DNA from: Epithemia pelagica
Taxonomy: Eukaryota; Protista; Bacillariophyta
NCBI GenBank assembly: GCA_946965045.2
Contig: OX337231.1
Coordinates: 1,426,001-1,490,000 of the forward strand
Reading direction: 5' to 3'
Length of the DNA stretch: 64,000 bases
The notes under the pieces were generated by a model that saw only the letters and a list, made by a program, of their open reading frames with translations, did no database searches and was not told the origin of the DNA. The translations under genes were made by a program, and so were the position numbers. Shown piece after piece: positions 9,930-21,102 of this stretch. Numbering within the stretch: position 1 is the first letter of the stretch; each line of letters starts with the position of its first letter.

Positions 9930-10523
9930 CTACCTTCGCACATCCATATTCAGATCACCCAAATCTATTTGCCCTCCTTTGATCGAAGAAGATCCAGTCG
10001 CCGAGTATTTGGCTAGATTCTCTTGTCCAACTGGAACCTGCGAGAACGCAATTAAACCAACGAGCGCCAGGGCCGCAAATCCCAGTTTGATAAAGTCTCC
10101 TGCTCCAAGGCCAGAGTCTTCGTCCATAATGTTGGCATCCAGCAATTCTTTTTCGGAAAGAATGACTTGTCGATCGACAAAGATCTTGTCTTGTTGCGAC
10201 GGAGATATGGTTGTAAAGGAAGAAGCAGTTGTTTCAGTGGACGGTACCTCGACTTCGTCCGTGGAAGTGGAGACTTCATCCTCTGTTTGCTCTTCTTTTA
10301 ATTTGCGAAGTTGTTCTTCCAAACGAGCAATTTCGTCGTCGCGTTCCGTGCTTCGTAACCGTGTGGCTGTGGCACTCGGATTGAGGTTCTTCCCATGGTG
10401 CTCAGCGACCACAGCAGCATGTGATGCCGGAACCGTAAAGGCCATTGATGGGTTTACAAAGCATAGAGCCACCACACTGACAGCTGAAAGCAGGAACATT
10501 GATCTACTGGTCGTCATGATCAT
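9930..10523 (-). CDS. Plastid-targeted small membrane protein of unknown function (197 aa)
   Basis: Signal peptide ending SMA-F, short coiled coil (EIARLEEQLRKLK) and one C-terminal hydrophobic helix. Confidence 0.7.
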   Translation of the reverse strand: MIMTTSRSMFLLSAVSVVALCFVNPSMAFTVPASHAAVVAEHHGKNLNPSATATRLRSTERDDEIARLEEQLRKLKEEQTEDEVSTSTDEVEVPSTETTASSFTTISPSQQDKIFVDRQVILSEKELLDANIMDEDSGLGAGDFIKLGFAALALVGLIAFSQVPVGQENLAKYSATGSSSIKGGQIDLGDLNMDVRR

Positions 10524-10683
10524 TGTCTAAGGTCTAAGATCGACAGTTCGATGAGTTTGGCACGCGTACGTGTTGGCGGAATCAAACGCGACCGCGTGAT
10601 TTTGGTCGCGTCGAAATCAGCTTCCACGTGGAAGGTGAGGTGAGAGTTTGACCTTTGACCATTGATTTTGACACCTCTTAACG

Positions 10684-11901
10684 ATGACGGTTCGATCCAA
10701 TCTTTCCGGCATCAGGCGACTGCTTCCATGCCTTATCTGGATTCTCTTCTGCAATAGCGGGTCATCATGGCCCACCTTGAGTTTGAGACAAGGATTCGTC
10801 GAGACCTATTTCTCGAAAAAGGGGTCACGTTCGTTCGTCGAAAGTCGGGTTGCGTTGCATGCTGCCAAGAACAAAAGAAAAAAGACATCAGGTGGTGGTG
10901 GAGGCGGAGGAGGATTCGGTCAAACGACCGTGAAACAGAAAGCCCCAACCAAGAAGCAAATTCTAAAACGGGTTGAAGAGGTATATGGTGGAACATCACC
11001 AGAGCACATTGCCCGTTCGACACAAGAAAAGATCCAAATGAAAATCCGAGAACAACCCGCTCCGATACAAATGGCCTTGCAACTCTACCAGCAATTACAG
11101 CAATGGGAATCACATATTGGTCAACTGACAGTATTGCAACAAGCTCAACTGGAGCCAGCCGCCATTGAAGGAGCGAACCGTGCAAGACAAGAGCTAGATC
11201 GCTTGTACAAGGAACACAGTCCAGTCATATCATGCGACCAAGATCTGCACAATTTACTGCAAAAATATACATGGGATGCATCGGCAGATGCCAAAGTAGC
11301 CCGCTCTATGATCGGTGATATGAATTCGGCAACGGAAGAATGCATACAACATGCATGCCGACTCGTAGCGGATGCTATCACTTTCGAAGATGGCTGTGAA
11401 GACGCCGAAAGCCGTTTGTGTTTGGACGTTGGATGTGGGTTTGGCGTTTTGGTCCCATTTTTTGTCAAGGCTGGAATCCCTTCAGCGAACATTCATGGAG
11501 TCGACTTGAGTTCGGAAATGATTCGAAATGCTCGAGAACAACATCCGACGTGCACGTTCACGGCATGTGACTTTTTGAACGATTATGAGACACCAACCTT
11601 GTTTCATGCCATTGTCTTTTGCTCTTCGTTGCATGATTTACCAGATGTAGCGGACGCTTTGACCAAAGCTACTTCCTTGTTGACAGATGGAGGACGAATG
11701 GTCATTGTGCATCCACAGGGAGCATCACATGTACAGCAACAGCAGAGATCCAATCCTGTTTTAGTAAAGCGAGGCTTACCGGATACAAAAGAGCTTCAAG
11801 CTCTTCCAAACCTCAAGTTGACAGTCGAGCCATCATTCGAGGCTGGCACCGAATACCTCGCCGTTCTCGAAAAAGTGGAAAGTCAAGGAGATAACATATA
11901 G
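10684..11901 (+). CDS. Class I SAM-dependent methyltransferase with N-terminal targeting peptide
   Basis: Motif I CLDVGCGFG, GVDLSSEMI, and FHAIVFCSSLHD. Confidence 0.85.
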   Translation: MTVRSNLSGIRRLLPCLIWILFCNSGSSWPTLSLRQGFVETYFSKKGSRSFVESRVALHAAKNKRKKTSGGGGGGGGFGQTTVKQKAPTKKQILKRVEEVYGGTSPEHIARSTQEKIQMKIREQPAPIQMALQLYQQLQQWESHIGQLTVLQQAQLEPAAIEGANRARQELDRLYKEHSPVISCDQDLHNLLQKYTWDASADAKVARSMIGDMNSATEECIQHACRLVADAITFEDGCEDAESRLCLDVGCGFGVLVPFFVKAGIPSANIHGVDLSSEMIRNAREQHPTCTFTACDFLNDYETPTLFHAIVFCSSLHDLPDVADALTKATSLLTDGGRMVIVHPQGASHVQQQQRSNPVLVKRGLPDTKELQALPNLKLTVEPSFEAGTEYLAVLEKVESQGDNI

Positions 11902-11928
11902 CCACCTCTTTTGAGATGCTTCAAATAC

Positions 11929-13799
11929 TCAAACGATGCTGTCGTCCATGTCTTCGTCATCATCAAAGATATCCAGAGTGTCGTCAAAGTCATCGATGGA
12001 TTCCCACTCATTGTCGTGTTCAAAGAGATGCAAAATGTCTCGACGACGGTCTTCACCATCGGTCCAACGAACAAAGTCCATTGCCAAACTGTACGCGTTC
12101 ATCTCATCATCATCATCTTCCTCGCGTGTCAGAACCTGTTCCCGCAGCCACGCAACCACTTTCGTCCGTCCAAAGGCAACCGCATGCGTCAACTGGACGA
12201 CAAACGAAAAACGGATGAATATGACAAATAGGTTTCCTACATCGTTGTATGACAAAAATTTGGCAGGTGGTCACGTACCGGAGTGTTGTCACCGTGATTT
12301 GGCATACTGAAATCCACACCGACCGTGTCGTACAAGTACTGGCAAACCGCCAAATCTCCTCCACTCGCGGCCCAATGAGCCACGGAACATCCGTTCCGAT
12401 TGACGTGATCGGTCGAAGCGCGATGGCGAACCAATAACTTTACCGTCTCCAAGGTACCCGACCAAGCCGCCCACATGAGTGCCGAATTGCCATCCTTGGT
12501 CAACGTATTGACGTATTCTTTTCGTTGCCGTGTCGGGACTTGGTCCAAAAGAAACCGACACACATGAACATGACCACCGCAACCAAAGGCGCGAGCCTTG
12601 GCACCTGCTGCCGCCCAGTGCAGAGCCGTGGCACCATCGCGCAAAGTGCGAGTGTCAAACACATGGAGGGAAGATCTCTTTGGTACGTGGCTTTGTTTCG
12701 TTGTCGGTTGATTTCCATGTTCGAGAAGTATTGGAATGGCATCCAAATGTCCCGTTCCCGCCGCCCAATGAAGAAGTGACACGCCGCGATGATCATACTG
12801 CCAAGGATTCGCACCATGCTGTATGAGTAAAGCAATCATGGTAGATGCTGTCATGTTAATATACTGGAGCGGCCATGTATTGTTGGGTTGGACCAGTTCA
12901 TTTCTTGCTGCTGCCATCAAGCCACGACCGAACAAAGCATCAAAGGCTTCAATTTGTTTTACCGTGATCGTGGTAGACTCCTTTCGACGAAGCATATCTG
13001 GACCTGTAGCTCGATGCCAAGACTGACAAAGTGCTGCAAACATTTTTGGTTTTCGTACTGCTCGTAAAAAGTCATTCCACTTGGATGGATCGCTCACCAA
13101 CTCATATCCATGTGTGAGATTGGCGTACACCAAGAATGCATGTCTCGGCGCCAAGACTCGTTCGAGGCGAGCTCCAAAGTATTGTGGTGGCAAAATGGAG
13201 AGCGTCGTGTTCGAATGCAGGGAAGTCTTGGTTATCGTGGATGTTGAATCGGTGATGCTTCTTTCACAGTGAAGAGTTTCTCGCAAGAATCGAAGCTTTG
13301 GATGCAGTTGACGAGGCACGGACAAGGTCAAAAGTGGTGGAAAACTCTGGTTCATGACTAGTACCTGGTCTTTTGTGTATCCAGCGTATTCCTGGAGATA
13401 CGTCATGGGGTCCATTGATTGAATGGATTTTGGAATGTCATGTCGATAGAGATGTTTGAACACATGATTTAGTCGACGAGCTGGTCGAGGAGCGTCCACT
13501 CGTTGATCATAGGGACGAACTCGACCATTGCTGTCCGTGACATTTACGTTTAGGCTGTCCTGGATCGAAATCTCCGAATCAATGCTCAGAGAGAACAAAG
13601 TAACTGGAGAAATGCTGACTTGTTTGTCGATCCGTGGTCGATGGCTGGCATCGACATGGATATGTTGTCGTGAAAAACTTGTTCTGAAGTAAGGACAGTT
13701 GCTGAAGCTCCACGCACTTGTATTGAGGGAGAACCATATCAAAAGAACGAGCTGTTGCTTCTGCAGAAGAAAACAAAGTCCAAGAGAGGAGCTTGTCAT
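11929..13799 (-). CDS. mTERF-like plus ankyrin-repeat protein, probably plastid-targeted (594 aa, 1 intron)
   Basis: Exons 13799-12279 and 12192-11929 (86-nt GTACGT…CAG intron) restore the ankyrin motif NTP|LTHAVAFG. Several LHWAA repeats; mTERF-like FPPLLTLSV…PKLRFL and PQYFGARLE…PRHAFL. Confidence 0.8.
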
Positions 13800-13807
13800 G
13801 TTGCAAT

Positions 13808-13808
<1 letters not shown>

Positions 13809-13840
<32 letters not shown>
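13809..13840. repeat. (CT)16 microsatellite
   Basis: Perfect dinucleotide run about 10 nt upstream of the ATG at 13799. Confidence 0.95.
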
Positions 13841-13841
<1 letters not shown>

Positions 13842-14383
13842 AGAAGATGAGGGAAGATGAGTGATAACCTTATGTTGATGGCATCTCTGCCTATCACATT
13901 GATGCCGATCGATGGCTGAAAGACATCAGCTGATTTACCGCCTTTCGGTCGCTTATTAGTCCCAAGAATCGAAGTAGTCCCGCGCTTTTTTGTTGATCCC
14001 CCTCTTGTACAATGGATACAATGGAGTTGACAATGTACAAGAAGGTTGCGTTCTTACCTTCCAGTTTCACGATGTCATCGAACTCCAACTCTTTCATGGG
14101 TGGCGAAGGGTTGGGGGTTTCGACGAGGCCTACAATACCAGATGGATAGTTGGACTTGAATTCGTCCTGTCAAAGACAAAAACACAGCTAGGTAGGAGTA
14201 GGTAGTTTTACACTTTGCAATGTTAAGTGCGGTATGTTAAAAGCCCAATGTCCCTTACAACATATAAGTTTCAAATCAGGATTGAGCTGCTATATCCATC
14301 ATATCCATACCTACCCTACCTGAGATATTTTTTCTCCGTCATCAACCATGTAGATTGGACTAGTCTTTTCGCACGACGCCTTT

Positions 14384-15310
14384 TCATGGATTTCGTGAAA
14401 TCTTTTGGCTGGAACGTCCTTCCATTTCCTGTTTGACAGGAGCTAGTGGCACGGGCGCCGCATGGTTGTGCAAGTGTGTCGCTTGTTGGGCCGTCATGCA
14501 GCCCATGGCAATGAGTTTGACCGACTGGATGCCACGCCATAGAATCATTCCAATTTGCCAACAAGCACGGGCCGCTCGGCCACCTTCGCCACTGCATTCC
14601 TGTGCACCTTGGCTTTCGGGAGCGCAGCAACCGACCAAACAGGATGCACAGGACAGACAAAAGGCACACCCACAACAGGCTCGCATGATCTGACCAAAAC
14701 AGTCGGTACACTTGTTGACACGAATTTCGGTAGGATCTTGGCCCAAACCATATTCTTCCCGTACCAACCGACGTGTCACATTGTGAGCACAACAGACACT
14801 GTAAAGCCCTCCCAGACAGCACACTTCGAGACACAAAAAGGCCTCAGGACACTTGTCTTCTCCATAGGTGCCCGATCGAATCGTAATGGGCGCACCTGGA
14901 CAGGCCCGAGCACAACATTGTGGACCGTCGTGGAATCCTTGCCACAGTTTGTATCGAGTCATATCTCCATGCAACGCTTGGCGACGAGCAACCCATTGGC
15001 CGCAGCAGGGACACATTGTGGCAAAGCAACACATGGCTGGATTGCGGACGGGTGTTTGTAACATGGCCACATCCCATCCACCACCAGAACCCTGAGGTTG
15101 TTCCGAATTTTGCGGTTCGGCGGCAAAGCAAAAGACTATGGGAAAGGCCAAGGGACTCCCAAAACACCAAATGAGATCGGCACAATACTCAATCGGGCCG
15201 GCTGTGCATTCCAAACAGTCGGCACACACACTAAAACAGGGATCCAATCCACATCCTCCCGTCCAACAATCGCAACAAATGTTGCTGACACAATCCTGTC
15301 CGGCGTTCAT
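14384..15310 (-). CDS. PLAC8/Plant-Cadmium-Resistance-like Cys-rich protein
   Basis: W…CCFATMCPCC (CCXXXXCPC) motif and CC…TRRLVREEYGL, typical of PLAC8. Extremely Cys-rich; first ATG at 15310. Confidence 0.75.
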   Translation of the reverse strand: MNAGQDCVSNICCDCWTGGCGLDPCFSVCADCLECTAGPIEYCADLIWCFGSPLAFPIVFCFAAEPQNSEQPQGSGGGWDVAMLQTPVRNPAMCCFATMCPCCGQWVARRQALHGDMTRYKLWQGFHDGPQCCARACPGAPITIRSGTYGEDKCPEAFLCLEVCCLGGLYSVCCAHNVTRRLVREEYGLGQDPTEIRVNKCTDCFGQIMRACCGCAFCLSCASCLVGCCAPESQGAQECSGEGGRAARACWQIGMILWRGIQSVKLIAMGCMTAQQATHLHNHAAPVPLAPVKQEMEGRSSQKISRNP

Positions 15311-15555
15311 TGTGAAATCAATGTAGGTCGACTTCAAGGATTTCGGGTGCTTCTGGATACAACCAAACGATTGTTGTTCCGAAAGCCAATTGGCAATTTG
15401 GAACGATTGATTTTCCTGTCTCCAATAAAAAAGGACGGGTCAAGTCGAAAAAGTGAGGGGATAGAAAATGACCGGTCACATCAAGACCAAAAGACCCTTC
15501 TAAATTTAAATTTAACTTTTGAACACTTTCCTAACCGATGACCGTTATTTAAAAA

Positions 15556-18500
15556 ATGGAGCACAATCGAGCAATCCAGATTCTGATGGATCTTCGCTCA
15601 TTCTATCCATCATCCTCTCATCTCTTTGTTGTTGTTGAGGCCATGGTGGTCTCCACCGCTCTTTCGGCTGTGATTGCCAGTACTTTACAACTTCTTCGCT
15701 TGTCCGTGGATTTAATTCAAATTGCATCCTCGCCTCCACCGTCGTCGTCTGCAACACAAGGTGGCAGCAGAGGTCCGTCCTCCGAAGGCGATGCCAAGAG
15801 CCAACCACCGAACGAATCTGCTACGACCGATCCAAAGATTCCCAACTATGGAAGTGTCCATCCTAGTAGTGACAGCCACGAAACCAAGCCGTTGCTTTCC
15901 GGTGATGAAGAAAATGCCCTGACGACCAATACGGCATTGAATGAATCGGACCCATCCAATCGCAGCACCACACAACGTCGATTTCGATTGTTCCTGGCGG
16001 CTTGGCTGGTAGCCGCTGTGGTGTTTGTTGTTACGATTGTGGTTTCGAAACACAGTTCGTCATCCTCCACACAACAAGGCTCTTTTGATGTCGTCTACCC
16101 TTCGTCCTTGGTGATTGCTACCATTCTTGTGATGATGGTAGAGATTGCTTGTCACTTTTTGGATGCCGAGAGACTTCATTACGGTGCCTTCCGACGCCTT
16201 CTACGCCTAACGGCTCTTTTGGTATTGTGGTGCACCTTTTTGACGCACCTTCTTCATTTCGAGTCCTCCGCGTCGCGACCAAACCGGTGGTCTTTTAACG
16301 CAAGGAACGTACTGCTTGTGGATGTTACTTTTCTTGTGGTCTTGGCCGTCGCCGATGGGTGGGTGACCAATACGCATCCTACACCGGCTCGACGTGAGTC
16401 ACTGGACCAAGCCGCACATCAACCTACCTTGTCTCGAGCCGCTCTCCTCCAACTTGTCAAACCATATGTCTGGCCCGATGCCACGAGTGAAACTGCCTTG
16501 TGGAATCGAGTGCGGGCCATTGCCACGTGGGTATGCGTCATTTGCAGCAAGGCGTGCAGTTTACTTACTCCCCTGTTGTTGGGTCAAGCTTCGACGGCCT
16601 TGGCGCATCAAGACTATGGTGGCACGATTCGTTTGGTGATTTTGTACAGTGCCATTTCCTGGTTGGGATCCACCTTCAAGGAAGGACAATTTTTGTTTTA
16701 TCTCAAAGTTGGACAAGCAGCCTTTGTTCAACTGTCGGAAGCCTCCTTTGATCACTTGCATCACTTGTCGTTGGACTGGCATTTGCGGAAAAAACTGGGA
16801 GAAGTCCTTCGAAGTGTCGATCGAGGCATTGCCGCGTGTGATACGTAAGTGAATCTGTTGCTAGTTGCGAGACACGGGCTTGTTGACGAATCTATACATG
16901 TACTCATCTTTTTTCTCTCTGTTTCTGATATCGATGTTATAGACTCATGAAATATCTCTTTTTACGACTTGTACCGGCATTGACGGAATGCCTTTTGGTG
17001 ACCATTATTTTTGCCACCTACTTCAAGTACTTTCCATTGGCAGTGACTGTGTTTTACTTCGTTTTTGTCTACATTGTCTGGACGATTCTGGTAACTCTCT
17101 GGCGGAAAAAGTTCCGGAAAGCTCTGGTCAAGCATGACAATGGTAAGAATGGGAATGGTTTCTTTTGTCTGTGCGCAAAATAGCGCTAATTTTTTTGACT
17201 ATTCCACAGAGTGGCACGATTTGTTCACGGACAGCATGATCAATTTTGAAACAGTCAAACACTTTACCGCGGAGAACTACGAACTTGGTCGTTTCCGCAA
17301 CGCCGTGAATCGTTATCAAATGGGATCTGTTCATGTACAAGGATCCTTGTCCTTTCTGAATGTTTCGCAAAAGCTGCTCTTTCAAACATGCATGGCCACC
17401 TCCCTTTCATTGGCAGTTTGGGGTATCGAACAGCGGATTTCGTGTTGTACCGAAACTGTGGGCTGTGAATCTGCCTTGTCCGATTGCTGTCGAAATGTAT
17501 CGAGCAATATATGCCCAGGAATGGAGGTGGGAGATTTTGTGGCCGTTCTCACCTATTTGGTCAATCTCTTTGCTCCCTTGGACTTTTTGGGAACGGTGTA
17601 CAATGCTGTTGTCATGGCCATGATTGATTTAGCCAGTCTTTCGGAGCTGCTGGCAGAGAATCCAGACGTTGTGGATGCGGAAGATGCTGTGGAGCTCCCA
17701 CTTGCCAATCGACTCGATCCTGATACGGCTGTGGAATTTGACAATGTGTTCTTTCGTTACCCCACGCAACCCGAGAACAAGGGCTTGCAGGGAGTATCAT
17801 TCAAAATGAAGCGGGGGACGACAACCGCAATTGTGGGTCCGACAGGTGAGTTTTATTCCATACACTTGTTCTTGGATTGTTCTAGATTTTTTCTCAAAGC
17901 AAGAGTTGGTCATGCACAGGTGCGGGAAAGACAACCATTAGCCGATTGCTGTTTCGGTTTTATGATGTATTGGGCGGATCGGTCAAGATCAATGGCACAG
18001 ATGTTCGTTCTATGACGCAAAAATCTCTTCGAGGTGCCATTGGTGTTGTCCCTCAGACTGCCAGTATGTTTAACGACACTATTCGATCCAATCTGTTGTA
18101 CGGGCGTAGAGACGCCACGGAGGCGGAACTGATTCAAGCTGCCAAGGATGCCCAGCTCCTCGACTTTATTGGATCGTTGGATGAGGGATGGGATACGATT
18201 GTAGGCGATCGTGGGTTGAAACTTTCTGGTACGTGCATCACCTTGTGTTCCCTTTCTTAGAGTTGTTTTGTATTCTTATCTTTGTGCTCATTAATTTTAT
18301 TTTGGAAAGGTGGTGAAAAGCAACGAGCTGCCATTGCTCGTTGTCTTCTGAAAGACCCTCCGTTTGTCCTTCTGGACGAAGCAACAAGTGCATTGTAAGT
18401 CGTTGGGGCCTACCTCCGAAAGGCACAATGTTTCGCACCTAATATTTCTGCTTTTTCTCTCAGAGATACGTTGACTGAAAGTTCTGTCCAAGAGGCACTG

Positions 18501-18698
18501 GACAGGCTCGGCAAACAAAGGACTGTTTTGGTTATAGCCCATCGACTCACAACGGTTCGCAATGCGGATAAGATTATCGTATTGAAAGACGGAGTTGTCG
18601 CCGAAGAGGGAACTCATGATGAGTTGTTGTCCTTGAACCGTATCTACGCTGACATGTGGAACGTTCAAAGAAAAGATTCCAGACAATCCGCAGCGTAG
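15556..18698 (+). CDS. HMT1: ABCB half-transporter, HMT1/ABCB6 type (917 aa, 5 introns)
   Basis: Exons 15556-16844, 16943-17142, 17210-17845, 17920-18228, 18310-18394 and 18464-18698 sum to 2754 nt. They rebuild GPTG|AGKTT, LS|GGEKQR and DEATSAL|D. Also [21 protein letters not shown] and a hydrophobic N-terminal extension. Confidence 0.9.
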
Positions 18699-18768
18699 CT
18701 AGCAAACTCAAGCTCTATGGATAGTTCATAAGTGGATTAACATTAAGCAGTGGGCGTCGCTAATATTA

Positions 18769-19801
18769 TCAAGGGTCTTCAAACCGCTCAACGGATTCAA
18801 GCTGCACTTCCTCTGATTCCATCATCTCGAGTCCCAGCGCTCCTTCAGATATCATGTTGACACCAATATCCGCAGCAGCTCCTGCAGGGAGTTCTTCGTC
18901 AATATCCTGTTCCCATTCTTCTTCCTCTTCTTCGTCCCATTCTTCTTCTTCCTCTTCATCCTCCGATTCTTCCTCATTGTCTTCCCACTCGTCCTCGTCC
19001 CATTCTTCTTCCTCTTCATCCCAATCTTCGTCCCATGCAACCATATCCTCGATCAATGGTTCGGGGTGGGGACCTTCGGGTGGAGGGGGTGGAGGAGGAA
19101 ACTTGCCAGGATGGGGGAAGGGTGGCTCTTCTTCCTGTAGAATCCCTGGAGGAGGTGGAGGGGGAGGAGGACCCTCACCCACGGGAGGTTCAGGGCGAGG
19201 GGGAGGAGGAGGAGGCGGGAAAGGTCCCCCATCTTCAGGTGGGACGCCTGGGGGTGGAGGGGGAGGAGGAGGTCCTTCATGCCACTCATCGTGATGATGA
19301 GGTCCATGATGATGGTCTCCTTTGTGGGACTGGTAAGACAATAACATGAGGTTAGTGGACTAGAAATTGAAAAAAAAAAGTTTTTTAAGCCATCGCTGTT
19401 CAATCTCATCATGAAACACTTACATGATCGCCATGGTGGTGGTGCCAGTCTCCGTCATGATGACTGTCGTGATCATGATGGTGATGCCCATCGTGGCTGT
19501 CGTGGTGATGCCCCTTGTGACTGTTGTGATCATGATGGTGATGCTCATCATGGTCGCCATGATGATGGTGGCAAGGCTTCTTGTCATGGCTTGATCGAAG
19601 GAAAAGCGAGTTTCCAGAATGCCCTTGGAAGTTTTCCGTCATGAGCAAAATCAACAAAAATACAATCGTAGTTACCCCGACAACGGCCGGCAAAGCGCAC
19701 CATCGGCTCCTGCGACGATCGGACTCCACCGTCACTGCCTCCGCCAACACTGGAGACTTCCCAGTGTCCTTGGTCGGGACAGCTTCATACTGTTTCGTCA
19801 T
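18769..19801 (-). CDS. Type II membrane protein with His-rich, Pro-rich and Asp/Glu-Trp-rich extracytosolic blocks (312 aa, 1 intron)
   Basis: Exons 19801-19424 and 19329-18769 (94-nt GTAAGT…CAG intron, phase 0). One TM helix, about 36 His in about 73 residues, poly-Pro runs, then WDEDWDEEEEEW. Confidence 0.8.
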
Positions 19802-21102
19802 GGTTTTACTTGTTTCTCCTATGATAGAAAGCAAAACAATAAGGTAAACGAAAGAAGGTTCATCATGCTGCTCTCGACCCAGAACTCTAACTCACATCAC
19901 TCCCTATCAGGACGAAAGTGTAATCGATTCGGAGCCCCAACCACAGCGCGCATTGTTCTATGAATGAACGCTGAGGAATCTGAGAAAGCAAGACTGATCT
20001 CCTTAATTCCTATCTTCTGAGTACTTTTATCAGAACAATACTCAGAATAAAGTTCTTGCCTTTTTCGCTAGGACGTGCAAATGATCGTGCGAAAAAAGTC
20101 GCCGGTCGTGCAAATATGTTTTTATGCGACTAAGAAGCGACATCCTCACTTTGGAATACATCTCAACTCTCAACGGCTCTAAAACCAAGGAAGGGCCGAA
20201 AGGAAAACATACACATCCTGTTTCGACGACGTACTTGCTCTTGGGAGTCGCAGTAGGGATGATCTTGGGTTCCGTACCACCTATATCGACATTGTCTTTG
20301 GAGATGCATGGGCGAAATTGATAGATATGAAGCAGTCATGAGCAAGGATTGAAAGTGATCAGGAACACGATCCAATCACCTTTGGGATGTCATGAGCCAG
20401 GATTGGAAATTGGAAGCGGTCAGGACCACGATCCAGGCAACTTTGAGTGGTGATAAGCAACCGAAAGTAAGCCGCAATTCATTACAAGTAGTTCCGATGG
20501 TTGCGACTTACGACAAGACGGTGAATCCAACTGAACTTCGAACATCGAAACAGAATGCAAAACCCTGACTCTCCGCTCATAATGACACGTTTGCTTTTGG
20601 TTTGATGCAAACTACAGCGTGAGTTCGGGTGCCAGGATTAATATCAAGACTTTCAATATATCAGTACGAGTACTCACTAGTCTACTCACCCAGTGAAAGT
20701 AATTGTGATTGGGCATGAAAGCGTGTCGGCTTGCTCGCAAGTAGGATTGATGATGCCTTAAAAATTCAATCCAAGACAGATATGATTCAAAAACTGTACA
20801 TTTCGCATATATGGAGTACATTTCGATTGTCCCCATCACGCCAGCCTACCGTAGATTCCCCCACTCCATAGTAATACTTATGGTCCTCGCTATTTTTGAA
20901 CGCCACTCACTGAGGTTTTGAAGTCAAACTGCGCGTATGCGGTCATGTGTATCAAATCGAGGTCTCCTTCCACAATTTGAACGAGAGACGCCTTGTGTAC
21001 TTCTGAATCTCGTCTCTCGATATTCGAGATATATCTTATAAACTTGGATCGAGGAGACTTTGTACGAGCAACAAACCCATGGTCCGTAATCTCCACGCGA
21101 CA

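Noticed and set aside
9790-10530. 246-aa plus-strand ORF
   Set aside because: Antisense to a gene with a clear plastid presequence; no motifs of its own.
18854-19349. Long Ser/Gly-rich and Glu-rich plus-strand ORFs
   Set aside because: Antisense shadows of the low-complexity His/Pro/Glu gene, which has proper splice sites and a TM helix.
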